Positions 1 to 9,480 of a stretch of DNA of 64,000 nucleotides are shown piece by piece. The notes under the pieces were generated by a model. It did not search any database. It was not told where the DNA came from and saw nothing but the letters and a program-made list of their open reading frames with translations. Position 1 is the stretch's first letter. Every line of letters starts with the position of its first letter. Source of the DNA: Meyerozyma guilliermondii (taxonomy: Eukaryota); contig CP128818.1 in the NCBI GenBank assembly GCA_051546255.1, positions 1,054,001 to 1,118,000 of the forward strand, written 5' to 3'. The position numbers were made by a program, and so were the translations under genes.

Positions 1-53
1 CTAATGCGTCATTACGAGTTATCGGACATGTTTGAGGAAAACCGATAGACAGA

Positions 54-146
54 GATAACGTTAATCTTTATCTCAGAGATGATAAACCTTATCTTAGCGG
101 CAAGCCGCAGCTAGCTACCATACCGTGGCCGGAGTATGGTCGATAA
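54..146. promoter_or_regulatory. Cluster of GATA (GATAA/TTATC) elements upstream of the Dur3-like transporter; candidate nitrogen-catabolite-repression sites
   Basis: GATAA 54-58, TTATC 68-72, GATAA 81-85, CTTATC 88-93, GATAA 142-146. Confidence 0.6.
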
Positions 147-207
147 TGACCACCAGTGAATAAAATGCTCCCCAAAGCCTGGAAAGCCAATACCACCCAT
201 ACTCGCA

Positions 208-2247
208 ATGGGGCTCGAACACGCTAAAATATTCGGTGAAAGTGTTGGATATGGCATGGTTGTTGGAGTTGGTTTCGCTTTTGCCGTGATAATGGTGGGC
301 GTAACCAAACTCTTGTCTGTATTCTTCAACGAAATCCAGGACTCGGAAATGTTGATGACGGCGAAGCGCAGTATCAAGACCGGCTTGATCGCTTCAGCAG
401 TGATCAGTTCGTGGACAATTGGTTCCACTTTGCTATTATCATGTACCGCTGCTTACTCCAACGGCATCTCAAGCGCATATTGGTATGGTGCCGGGGCATG
501 TGTGCAGATAATCTTCTTCAGTATGTTGGCACTCGAAATCAAAAAAAAGGCACCCAACTGCCACACGTACCAGGAAGTGGTACGAACAAGATACGGCGCA
601 CCTACACACATTGTCTCTATTGTGTACTCTGTAATTCAGATGGTGTGCTATACCACCAACTTGTTGATCAACGGATCGTCAATATTTTCAGCCATCACAG
701 GCATGAACAGAGACGCAGCTATTGTGTTGTTTCCTGTTGGCGTTATCATCTACACTTTAATGGGAGGCATCAAGGCCACCTTCCTCACCGACTGGACTCA
801 TACCGTGATTTTATACTGTCTTGTGCTTGCATTTCTATTCAACTGCTATGCAACTAGCGACATCGTGGGCTCCCCTGGTGCCTTGTGGGATCTTTTGGTG
901 GAGGCTTCTGAAAGGCGGCCTATCGCTGGGAATGCTCTGGGGAGCTTGTTGACGTTCAACTCTGTTCAAGGCGGTCTCTTTGGCTTGGTTCTTTTTGGTG
1001 CTGGCTTTGCAGCAGCTTGCGACTCACAGCTTTTTCAAAAGGCCATTGCTGCCGACCCCAAGTATTTGGTAAGAGGGTACATTTTGGGAGGGCTAGCGTG
1101 GTTCTCGTTGCCATTCTGCTTGTCCACAACGATGGGTTTGGCTGCTGCCGGCTTAGAAACACATCCCAGCTTTCCCACATTCCCAGACTTGATGTCTGCC
1201 GAGGAAATCGGCGCAGGCTTGGTGCTACCTTATGCAGCACAGGCGTTGATGGGCCGGTCTGGAGTGGCCATGGTGTTGACCATGATTTTCATGGCGGTTA
1301 CTGCTGCATTTTCTTCGGAAACGATCGCCATTTCCGCCATGGTCACCCACGACGTCTATAAGGCATACGTCAACCCAGACGCCAAAGGTGGCCGCTTGGT
1401 CTTGGTGTCACATGCGACGGTGATAGCATTCGGCATTGTTACTGTCGCCTTGGGTATTGGGCTTGCACATGCTGGGTTCGACGTTTCGTTCATCACCACT
1501 GCGTCGGGGATCATTGTTAACGTCAACATCGTAGCCATGGTGCTCACTTTGTACTGGAGGAAGATGTCGGGGTTTGCATACTCTGTGGGCACAGTGGTAT
1601 CTACCATGATCGCTTTAGCCGTGTGGATGGCCTACACGGTATCGCAGTCAGGATATATATCGTTGGCAACTCTTTCAACCAACGAAGCACTTGCCGCGGG
1701 AAACACCGTTGCCGTGGGCTGTCCGCTCATCGTGATTCCCATTCTCGTCTTTTTGAAGCCCGCAGACTTTGCGTGGGAAACTTGGCTCTCCATCAAGCAG
1801 GACGATAACACTGAGTTCGACAAGAAGCACGGGTTGGAGCATGTGTTATCGCAGGAAGATGCAACTGAAGCCGTCTTGATAGAGCACCAGAACAACGAGA
1901 CCATACTCAAGAGACAGTTCAAAATAGGTGCTGTTGCGTGCACCGTATTGATCTTGTTCTTTCTTGTTGTCTTCCCCATGCCCTTGTATGGCTCGAAGTA
2001 CATCTTCAGTAAGCGGTTCTTCACAGGTTGGATCGTGGTGGCATTTTTATGGGCTTTTTTCGCAGTCTACGTCATTATCGTAATCCCAGTGTGGGACGGA
2101 CGCCAGGCCCTTGGCCGGTTGTATCGTATTATGATGGGGCGTGAGGCGAAACCTGGAGACAGCACCACATATTCCCACGATGACGAGACGCCAGTGAGTA
2201 AGGTTCAGTTCACAGTCAAGGAGGAAGAGACGAGAGAGTCCATATAA
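208..2247 (+). CDS. Dur3/UreA-like urea/polyamine active transporter (sodium:solute symporter family)
   Basis: 679 aa, many TM segments; family motifs SEMLMTAKRSIKTGLIASAVISSWT, YWYGAGA, YTLMGGIKATFLTDWTHT, QKAIAADP, GGLAWFSLP, SKRFFTGW. Confidence 0.9.
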   Translation: MGLEHAKIFGESVGYGMVVGVGFAFAVIMVGVTKLLSVFFNEIQDSEMLMTAKRSIKTGLIASAVISSWTIGSTLLLSCTAAYSNGISSAYWYGAGACVQIIFFSMLALEIKKKAPNCHTYQEVVRTRYGAPTHIVSIVYSVIQMVCYTTNLLINGSSIFSAITGMNRDAAIVLFPVGVIIYTLMGGIKATFLTDWTHTVILYCLVLAFLFNCYATSDIVGSPGALWDLLVEASERRPIAGNALGSLLTFNSVQGGLFGLVLFGAGFAAACDSQLFQKAIAADPKYLVRGYILGGLAWFSLPFCLSTTMGLAAAGLETHPSFPTFPDLMSAEEIGAGLVLPYAAQALMGRSGVAMVLTMIFMAVTAAFSSETIAISAMVTHDVYKAYVNPDAKGGRLVLVSHATVIAFGIVTVALGIGLAHAGFDVSFITTASGIIVNVNIVAMVLTLYWRKMSGFAYSVGTVVSTMIALAVWMAYTVSQSGYISLATLSTNEALAAGNTVAVGCPLIVIPILVFLKPADFAWETWLSIKQDDNTEFDKKHGLEHVLSQEDATEAVLIEHQNNETILKRQFKIGAVACTVLILFFLVVFPMPLYGSKYIFSKRFFTGWIVVAFLWAFFAVYVIIVIPVWDGRQALGRLYRIMMGREAKPGDSTTYSHDDETPVSKVQFTVKEEETRESI

Positions 2248-2583
2248 CTCGCTTTATTTTTGTTAAGCCAAGGCTGGCAAAAATCACCATTCAATTTATT
2301 TTCAGTACTATACTTGCTGAGATGCTGACCAACAACTTTTTTCGTAACCAGGGTCGAATGTGTCCGCAAGCATCGTAACCTACCTGGACAATAAATGAAT
2401 CGTCAGCATAACAAGTAGACGTCAATTTGCCCATATGAGTGAAAATGCTGGCCGAGAAGTGATTCTGACGTAAATAAATTACGATCTTGATAGCTTTACG
2501 AATATTTGGTACTACTGCTGTTAAGCATTCTTTCGAAATTGAGGACAGCTTTGGGGTCCTTTCCATAATGACTTGCAATGAGG

Positions 2584-2637
2584 AGTTGTTTCATTTGCTT
2601 TTTTTGTCGTAGTTGTTTCATATGCTTTTTTTGTCGT
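2584..2637. repeat. Two-copy 27-bp tandem repeat
   Basis: agttgtttcatttgctttttttgtcgt (2584-2610) / agttgtttcatatgctttttttgtcgt (2611-2637), one mismatch. Confidence 0.9.
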
Positions 2638-2983
2638 AACTAACAAAATTTGTGTTCAGAGTAACGACGTCTAAAACGAGGAAGACAGCATACATCGTCT
2701 AAGAAGCGTTTAATCTGAGCCTCAAGAAAAAGTGGTGCAACCATTTTCACAAGACTGCACACTTTTTTGCAGCCAAATTGAGCTCACTTTTTTGCAGTTA
2801 TTCTTATCTATGAGCAGGTTTAATGCAAACTTCAGCGTTGATGAAGCCTAAAAAATAATTACTCATCACAGAAGGCTATGAAATGTCACTCTTTATTTAC
2901 CCGTGAACTTCGTCTACGAAGTTCTGCTCCTTTAGATTTGTTTGATGTATTTATTCGCGATATAGTTAGAAAGTAATTCCATT

Positions 2984-4666
2984 TCAAAAAGCATACCACC
3001 ATATTTTCTCTAGTATGGTATTTGGCTCGTACACAAGAGCCTCATTTTCCTCTGCTTCAACTCTCTCCAATAGATCCATGATTTCAATATTCTCAGGTGG
3101 GATTAGCCTCCATTGTCTGTAGTATATTGTCGAACCAGCGTACAACACAGCAACGAAGAGAAGAGTGATATATGCAGCAAAGAAGTTACTTGTAGACCAA
3201 TTTTGTGGGAAAAAGACGTAAAACCCATTGGTAAGTGACAAAATGGCAAAAAACCCTGTTGTGAAGTATGCACCGTACCTCATGAGCGGCACCCTGTAGG
3301 GAATTCTATCATTCAAGTCAAGATAGTCGATTATGTTTCTGAACCTCAAGTAACAAATACCAACGAACATCCAACTGAGAAATCCTGATATTGAGACAAT
3401 ATTAGACAACCAAGCAAACACTGTAGAGCTAGTGTTGGAACAATTGAGATAGGACAAGAAGATAAACAACGATCCAAGTCCAACACTATAGTACGGAACT
3501 CCCCATCTGTTAAGCTTTCCAAAAATTCTGGGAGCGTCACCATTGATTGCCATAGAATGAAGAGATCTGGAAGCTGCATAAAGCTGGCTAGTACCCGCCG
3601 AGTATGCGCTAGTCAAGAAACAAGCATTCACAATATGGGGCAATACTTTGATGCCTACTTCGCTAATGCCAATCACGAATGGGGAAGCAGCTGCATTCGA
3701 CTTTCCAGCGGCAATAGCACTCATCAATCTCGAATTGTTCGACGCAACAATCACTCCAATAACTAGAACGCCTCCAACATAAAAGAAAATCAAGCGGTAA
3801 ATGACTCTACGAAAAGCTTTTGGCATTGACCTTCGAGGATTCTCCGCTTCAGCAGCACACGATGCAAGAATTTCAGGGGTTAGCACGAAAGCAAACCCGC
3901 TCTTAACAATTGCAGTCCATGTAGCCAAAAACCTGCCTGTATTTCCTGGCACAAGGTAGTCGACAAACGCTCCGGGATGTTTCCAGTAATGAAAGCCCAA
4001 AACTCCATCCTGGTTAGGGCCACCGCCAAAAAAGATAACCACTCCTAGTATGATCAAACCAGTAATACACAAAATCTTGATTATAGCAACGCAAAACTCG
4101 CTTTCTCCGTAGTACTTAACTGGTCGAAAGTTCATGCCTATAGTCGCTATGCCAAAAATGGAGATGAAAATTGCAGAATTTGCATCGGTCCAGTACTCAA
4201 TGATAAGAGCGCAAGCAGTGACCTCACTGGGTGGAACCATAGCTTGAGCGTAAAACAAATTCCATCCGGCGGTAAACGAGAGTGGGGAGTTAAGATATTT
4301 TTTGGTCAACGCATATACCGAGGCGTTTCCAGATATTGGAAGAAAAATAACCATCTCACCAAGTTGATTCATAACTAGCCAAACACAGAACGCAGTGATC
4401 ATATAAGACGTCAATAATGGAGCTGGTCCACAGACACTTAACGCACTGCCGGATCCAATGAATAACCCAGTACCTATTGCACCTCCAAGGGCAATCAATT
4501 GAATATGGCGAGACTTCAATCCCCGTACAACTTCTGATTTTTCCTCCAAATCATCGTCATAAGTGACATGCTCAATGGAAACAATGGGTTTCTTCTTTAG
4601 CTGCTCGTCTTTCTTTTTCGACAAGAAAGACGAGACCGAAACAACGGCGGAAATTGGTTGCGACAT
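2984..4666 (-). CDS. Amino acid permease, APC/YAT family (Put4/proline-permease-like)
   Basis: 560 aa; RGLKSRHIQLIALGGAIGTGLFIGSG, YGESEF, GFHYWKHPGAF, AASPFVIGI, LPHIVNA; about 12 TMs. Confidence 0.9.
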   Translation of the reverse strand: MSQPISAVVSVSSFLSKKKDEQLKKKPIVSIEHVTYDDDLEEKSEVVRGLKSRHIQLIALGGAIGTGLFIGSGSALSVCGPAPLLTSYMITAFCVWLVMNQLGEMVIFLPISGNASVYALTKKYLNSPLSFTAGWNLFYAQAMVPPSEVTACALIIEYWTDANSAIFISIFGIATIGMNFRPVKYYGESEFCVAIIKILCITGLIILGVVIFFGGGPNQDGVLGFHYWKHPGAFVDYLVPGNTGRFLATWTAIVKSGFAFVLTPEILASCAAEAENPRRSMPKAFRRVIYRLIFFYVGGVLVIGVIVASNNSRLMSAIAAGKSNAAASPFVIGISEVGIKVLPHIVNACFLTSAYSAGTSQLYAASRSLHSMAINGDAPRIFGKLNRWGVPYYSVGLGSLFIFLSYLNCSNTSSTVFAWLSNIVSISGFLSWMFVGICYLRFRNIIDYLDLNDRIPYRVPLMRYGAYFTTGFFAILSLTNGFYVFFPQNWSTSNFFAAYITLLFVAVLYAGSTIYYRQWRLIPPENIEIMDLLERVEAEENEALVYEPNTILEKIWWYAF

Positions 4667-4757
4667 TGTAACTAGTCAGCAAAGGACGGCTCTGGAGCCA
4701 TATTTGTACATCTTGTATCAATTCAGATAGGTGCGTGGAGTAGTGGAGATAGCGGAA

Positions 4758-5137
4758 CTTATCTGAGATCGGAAAATCGCCGTGCCTGTCGCACAATACT
4801 CGAAAACGCTGAACCTCTTATCGGGTGCAGAAAGCTGACCACTAAAATCTATGACCCCTCCCCTACAAGGTATATCTTTTACCTAGGGGAGTGATTCTCC
4901 TCAATGATAAGCCCATAGATCAGAGAAAGTCTGCTTGCATTTCCCTAAACCTTACTTTGAAAAGTTGCAGCCCACTGAGGATTGACAGGTACACCTGCCA
5001 GATTGATATCAAAGGAAGAGATAAGACATATTTTCAAGCAACCATTGAGGCTATGTTATTTGCCGCTTGCTTTAAATGGCAATTTTAAACGGACACTCCA
5101 TTACGCATATTGCCCGATTAGTTTCGGAAAATGTCCG
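4758..5137. promoter_or_regulatory. Permease promoter with two CGG-N7-CCG sites and four GATAAG boxes
   Basis: CGGaaaatcgCCG 4770-4782, CGGaaaatgtCCG 5125-5137; CTTATC 4758 and 4817; GATAAG 4906 and 5020. Confidence 0.65.
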
Positions 5138-5449
5138 AACAGCAGACACGGCCCTAATGTAGATTACAATATCTGGCTGGGAAGCCCCTTTCTTCGGTTT
5201 GCAATGAAGAGAATAGTCACCTATGAATGCGATTATGAGAAAAGATCTACGATTCAACCGGCCTGCGCTTCAACTGTAGAGGATATTCATGATAGCGGCC
5301 AGTCGAGAGCTAGCATCTAAAAACAGCCAGCGGAACGATAGCAAGACCAGTCCAATATATTTTATATCAAATGTCTTTAAGAGACTCTGTTACGTTATCC
5401 AGACAAATCAAGCCCTAATTTTCATATAGACTTATTGAAAGGAAACTTC

Positions 5450-6337
5450 CTACTTATATTTTCTTCTGGAAAGAATCTCAGCAAGCTTGTCGTACTCTTC
5501 CTTTTCGATTGGAAGTGTTGGTGGACGTACAGTGCCCGCGTACTCACCAATGATATCAAGACCAGCCTTGATTCCAGCTGGATAATTGACACTTTCCAAA
5601 AAGTTACTGACTTCCCAAAGGAATTTCCATTGCTCTCTAGCCTTCTCCAAGTCTTTCTCGACACTGAAAGTATTCCAAAATTCGACACACTCCTTTGGAA
5701 CCAATGAAGCTACTCCCCAAACACCTGCTTCGGCTCCGTGGGACATGGCTAAGAAAGTAAACGTATCCCATCCATTGAAGACAGTAAGTTTACTGGGTGG
5801 GTTGGTCAAGAGGTCTGCTAATTCCTTTGCATTTCCTGAGGTATCTTTCACGAAATCGAAACCTTCAATTTCAGAAAGGGACCGAAATTGGTCTGCCGTA
5901 AGGTGTACCCCGGTAGCATGAGGCAAGTTGTAGTACATAACTGGAATCGAAATTGACCCACAAACATCCTCATAAAATTTGTAAAGCGCCTTGAATGTAA
6001 GAGGGTCATAGAAAGGTGGGACAATCATACAAGCAGCAGCGCCGACCTTTTCAGAGTATTGAGCCATTTCAATAGCTTCACGAGTGCTGTTGCTTCCCAT
6101 TCCTGCTACCACTGGAAGCCTGCCATCCACTGCATCAACATACGCCTTGATCACACTCTTGTGCTCATCAAGTGTGAGAGCAGGGAATTCACCTGTGGTG
6201 CCGGTAGTAACAATACCATGAATTCCTGCAGCAACAAGTCTATCGACCTGTTTTTTGATTCCCTTCAAGTCGACTTCTCCGGTGGCATCTAATGGAGTAA
6301 CGACAGCAGCAAGAATTCCTGAAAATAGCCTCGTCAT
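5450..6337 (-). CDS. DapA/NAL-family (dihydrodipicolinate-synthase-like) class I aldolase/lyase
   Basis: 295 aa; GTTGE, PPFY, YYNLP, Schiff-base Lys in VKDTSG, NGWD. Confidence 0.9.
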   Translation of the reverse strand: MTRLFSGILAAVVTPLDATGEVDLKGIKKQVDRLVAAGIHGIVTTGTTGEFPALTLDEHKSVIKAYVDAVDGRLPVVAGMGSNSTREAIEMAQYSEKVGAAACMIVPPFYDPLTFKALYKFYEDVCGSISIPVMYYNLPHATGVHLTADQFRSLSEIEGFDFVKDTSGNAKELADLLTNPPSKLTVFNGWDTFTFLAMSHGAEAGVWGVASLVPKECVEFWNTFSVEKDLEKAREQWKFLWEVSNFLESVNYPAGIKAGLDIIGEYAGTVRPPTLPIEKEEYDKLAEILSRRKYK

Positions 6338-6427
6338 GATATGATTTTCGATCTATTAGTATGACACTAACGTTCATGGGCAGGGTAGGCGGGCTTTATA
6401 GAAGCTCATGTGGGTTTGGATCTTCTT

Positions 6428-6496
6428 CGGATTCCTGCCGAACTGTCCCCTGGCCTTCGGCCCTTGCCGAAGTTATCGGACAATTTCCGCGTTATC
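6428..6496. promoter_or_regulatory. Aldolase promoter with Zn2Cys6-type inverted CGG sites
   Basis: ttCGGattcctgCCGaa (N7, 6428-6440), ttCGGcccttgCCGaa (N6, 6458-6469), CGGacaatttCCG (N7, 6477-6489); TTATC 6473 and 6492. Confidence 0.65.
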
Positions 6497-6622
6497 TTAA
6501 TCTTGATTTTGTCTAACAACAATTTAATTTCTGAGCCGTAGATGAAAAGTGACTATGGTAAGCTCGCCGAACAACGTGAACTCCATAGTCTCGATTTTTT
6601 GCAAAATATGGTGGAATGCAGA

Positions 6623-9127
6623 TCATATAGGATAAAGAAACCATCTCTCTAAGTCAGTACTCGAGTCGCCCACATACCAATCTGGTATGTCCGTAGAGGA
6701 TATAGGATTTGCTTCTGACGCTATGGCTGAAAAAGCCGTTAAAGCAGACATTTCAGGGTTGGTCTCGCCGGCTATATGTAGCGAAGTACCTCGCAGATTC
6801 AATTGACTCAAAGAAGTACTAGCCGCATTAAAAAGTGACTCAGCGTGCCCTTGTCTCTCAATAATGACAGGATGCTGGTTGGGATCTGGTGGATTACTTC
6901 CCAAACGCGAGTGCCCTGCATCAGATCTAGAGGAAGCGTCGACGTCGTGCTCATAAAAATGCGTCTCATCTATGGATATACTAGTTGTTTCGTCACAATC
7001 TGTAAGATGTAGAAAAGATGCATCATTCTCAATGGGTATTTCAATACCGTCAACTACTGTAGGTCTTTGCAAATTGATGTTGTCAGACTTGGCAAGAAGA
7101 TCCCAAGCACAGTGTCCTCCTTTGGCTATCAGACCCTGCAATTTAGTGGCTTGCTTCGATAGTTCATGGAGAATATTCGAAGAGGCTATTTCAAAGACAT
7201 TTCGAATTTTTTCATGTTCCCCTGCCTCCAAAGTTGAAAGAGTCTCAAGTATCGAAGTGCAAGCTTGGACTTGCAAAATTATTTCAACGAATGGAATACA
7301 CATGCTCTCGCTCATTTGATCTTTGGTTAGCTTTTTCAAAGAGTTGACGAACGTCAAACCACACATAAATAAGTTTTGGACCGTCAACCACACGAAGACG
7401 GCTGACCCATCTCGATGCATTATTTTCATAAGTTTCATGGACTCTCCTGCGGAATGCAAAGCAACATGTGTTTCCTCAATCGAAGGATTGGGCCTGTTCG
7501 GCGAGGGTCTTAATAACAAAACGACTGCAATGTGAAACTGAAGCTCTGTCCATTCTTTGGTAACAAGAGGCGTAGGATACAAAAAGGAAGAGCGCCAAGT
7601 CCGAAGCTTGTCATAGGTCTGCCATGTCCAAGCCTTTTCCTCCTCTTGATTAGAGCACTTTGTGGGTATCGGTGCATATAATCGTCCATGTATTTCTGAT
7701 TGCAAGCGGCAAATACGCACCTGATGCACTAAAGCAATCTTCAAACAGCACGTAGGGCCTGAATATATCCCATCAGCTTTAATTAGTTTGTCTTCTACCA
7801 ATGCGGGCATCTTGGCGGTGATCCATTCTTCTGGGATGGAGGTAGGTCGCCCCATAGTTGTACTTAGAGTCCTGTCTATACAGTAACATGTCCAGAATGC
7901 CCTGCGACGAAGGTCCAATGTCAATGGATCGAAATTTTGGGCTGGATTTGGCTGAGCAAAGAGGCTCATCTCGGTTGCAAGAGTCATTGCAGAACCCGAG
8001 AGCTGCCATAAATTGCCCGCTTTGGGAACTAGTAATGTGTATTGCAAAAGGAGCAATACGTTCTGTAGCTTTTTCAACCCTTCAGCATCGCCAATGGCAC
8101 GACTCAGCGTCCTGCTGGCAGCTTTCCAGAAAGCTCTGGAAACATGGCCGAGTTCAGATGTGGTCAAACGAGGCCGACTTAAGGACGCCAAAGCAATTGC
8201 AAAGACCATATTCAATTGAAAAAACTCTAGAACTGTCGCCTGTTTGGGCTGTTTTTGACATCTTTTTACCAAGTCATAAAACTCATATTCGTGCAACACG
8301 GGATATGCACTATTCATCCAAACGAAATATCTTTTCGATAATCGTAGCAACATGGAAGTCTTGTAGGCTGTGATATCGGTTACTCGATTTCGAACGGTGT
8401 TCTTTCGTGCAACCTTGAGAAAATCTTGTCCAAGTTTGGCAATAGCCGCATTTTCTTTCTTGATGAACGTCTCGCTAGCTCCTCTGTCTGCAAACGAAGT
8501 GGAATACTGTCGGATTTCGCTTGCTAACTCTTCATTGTAATGGATTCTCTCGCCACCTGTTGATGTCGTGATCAAAAAGGCATCTGTTGAGTTTGGATTT
8601 GATACCTCCATATCATCGTCGGACAAAGAAGAAGTAGAAGAATCATCCACCAGCGGCAAAGCGGACCAGCTACTTTGATTAGATAGCCTGCGCCTTTTTT
8701 CACGGTGGTTATGGTGAATCTCGGTCCTCATCTCCCCGCTGCCCTCATGAAGCAGACCCAATTCCTCACTCTGCACCTCACTGCTCTGGTCAATGCTCAG
8801 TTGCAGAACATGTACAGAATCTCTTGAGTTAATCCGGTTCCTACCAGCTTCATCGAGGTCCCGTTCATGAGATTCTTGCCTAGCAGTTCCGGGAGACGGC
8901 TTCTCTACTTGTCCTTTATCGGCAAGGATTTTCATGCGCTCTTCCAACGACCAAATGTGACGCCTAGCCAATGGCTTTCCGAGGATCTTATCGTAGTGCA
9001 TGCATTCCACTCCTGCCTTGACACAATTTTGGCACGAGGGAACCTGAGAATCACATTTTGTCTTTCTTGAATGGCATCTCTGACATGCAGGTATGCGTGG
9101 ATGTCCTGGAGCAGCTCCCTGTACCAT
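6623..9127 (-). CDS. Zn(II)2Cys6 transcription factor with fungal-specific middle domain (Ppr1/UaY-like)
   Basis: CQRCHSRKTKCDSQVPSCQNCVKAGVEC; YPVLH; LDLRRRAFWTCYCIDRTLSTTMGRPTSI. Confidence 0.9.
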   Translation of the reverse strand: MVQGAAPGHPRIPACQRCHSRKTKCDSQVPSCQNCVKAGVECMHYDKILGKPLARRHIWSLEERMKILADKGQVEKPSPGTARQESHERDLDEAGRNRINSRDSVHVLQLSIDQSSEVQSEELGLLHEGSGEMRTEIHHNHREKRRRLSNQSSWSALPLVDDSSTSSLSDDDMEVSNPNSTDAFLITTSTGGERIHYNEELASEIRQYSTSFADRGASETFIKKENAAIAKLGQDFLKVARKNTVRNRVTDITAYKTSMLLRLSKRYFVWMNSAYPVLHEYEFYDLVKRCQKQPKQATVLEFFQLNMVFAIALASLSRPRLTTSELGHVSRAFWKAASRTLSRAIGDAEGLKKLQNVLLLLQYTLLVPKAGNLWQLSGSAMTLATEMSLFAQPNPAQNFDPLTLDLRRRAFWTCYCIDRTLSTTMGRPTSIPEEWITAKMPALVEDKLIKADGIYSGPTCCLKIALVHQVRICRLQSEIHGRLYAPIPTKCSNQEEEKAWTWQTYDKLRTWRSSFLYPTPLVTKEWTELQFHIAVVLLLRPSPNRPNPSIEETHVALHSAGESMKLMKIMHRDGSAVFVWLTVQNLFMCGLTFVNSLKKLTKDQMSESMCIPFVEIILQVQACTSILETLSTLEAGEHEKIRNVFEIASSNILHELSKQATKLQGLIAKGGHCAWDLLAKSDNINLQRPTVVDGIEIPIENDASFLHLTDCDETTSISIDETHFYEHDVDASSRSDAGHSRLGSNPPDPNQHPVIIERQGHAESLFNAASTSLSQLNLRGTSLHIAGETNPEMSALTAFSAIASEANPISSTDIPDWYVGDSSTDLERWFLYPI

Positions 9128-9254
9128 AAGAACCTATCGGTTAGCTGGAGTGTGTCGCAGATATTTCAATCTTCGTCGAAAAACCTGCATACACGGCTGC
9201 AAGATTGAGTAGTATGGATTAGAAGAGGGAAGCTAAATAATATTAAAGGTTACG

Positions 9255-9292
9255 GAAAATCGTTCCGATTCCAGAAAGTCGTTCCTATTCCA
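9255..9292. repeat. Two-copy imperfect 19-bp tandem repeat in the TF/oxidase divergent promoter
   Basis: gaaaatcgttccgattcca / gaaagtcgttcctattcca, 2 mismatches. Confidence 0.75.
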
Positions 9293-9367
9293 GACCTTGT
9301 ACACAAAACAGTCTCGCCCAGCCTTTCACAATAGGGGTAGATGTCCAGTTTCGATATGAATTAGAGT

Positions 9368-9449
9368 CGGAGTTTTTCCGATGCAACACTCGGCAAATGT
9401 CCGCGACCGTAGGGCCGCCTGATAAGAGCCCCTTTTATGCCTATATATA
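9368..9449. promoter_or_regulatory. Divergent TF/oxidase promoter with two CGG-N7-CCG sites, GATAAG and a TATA box
   Basis: CGGagtttttCCG 9368-9380, CGGcaaatgtCCG 9391-9403, GATAAG 9421-9426, TATATATA about 9442. Confidence 0.65.
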
Positions 9450-9480
9450 TGATCCACCTTCTTCCTTTTGTTGAGGCAAT

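Noticed and set aside
130..143. CGG-N7-CCG site for the Dur3-like gene
   Set aside because: Only an imperfect CGGagtatggTCG is present and the promoter is cut by the window edge, so this gene's membership in the regulon is less certain
5450..6337. dapA gene for lysine biosynthesis, or bacterial contamination
   Set aside because: Arg138-equivalent is missing, fungi use the alpha-aminoadipate route, and the gene sits among fungal genes with fungal promoter elements
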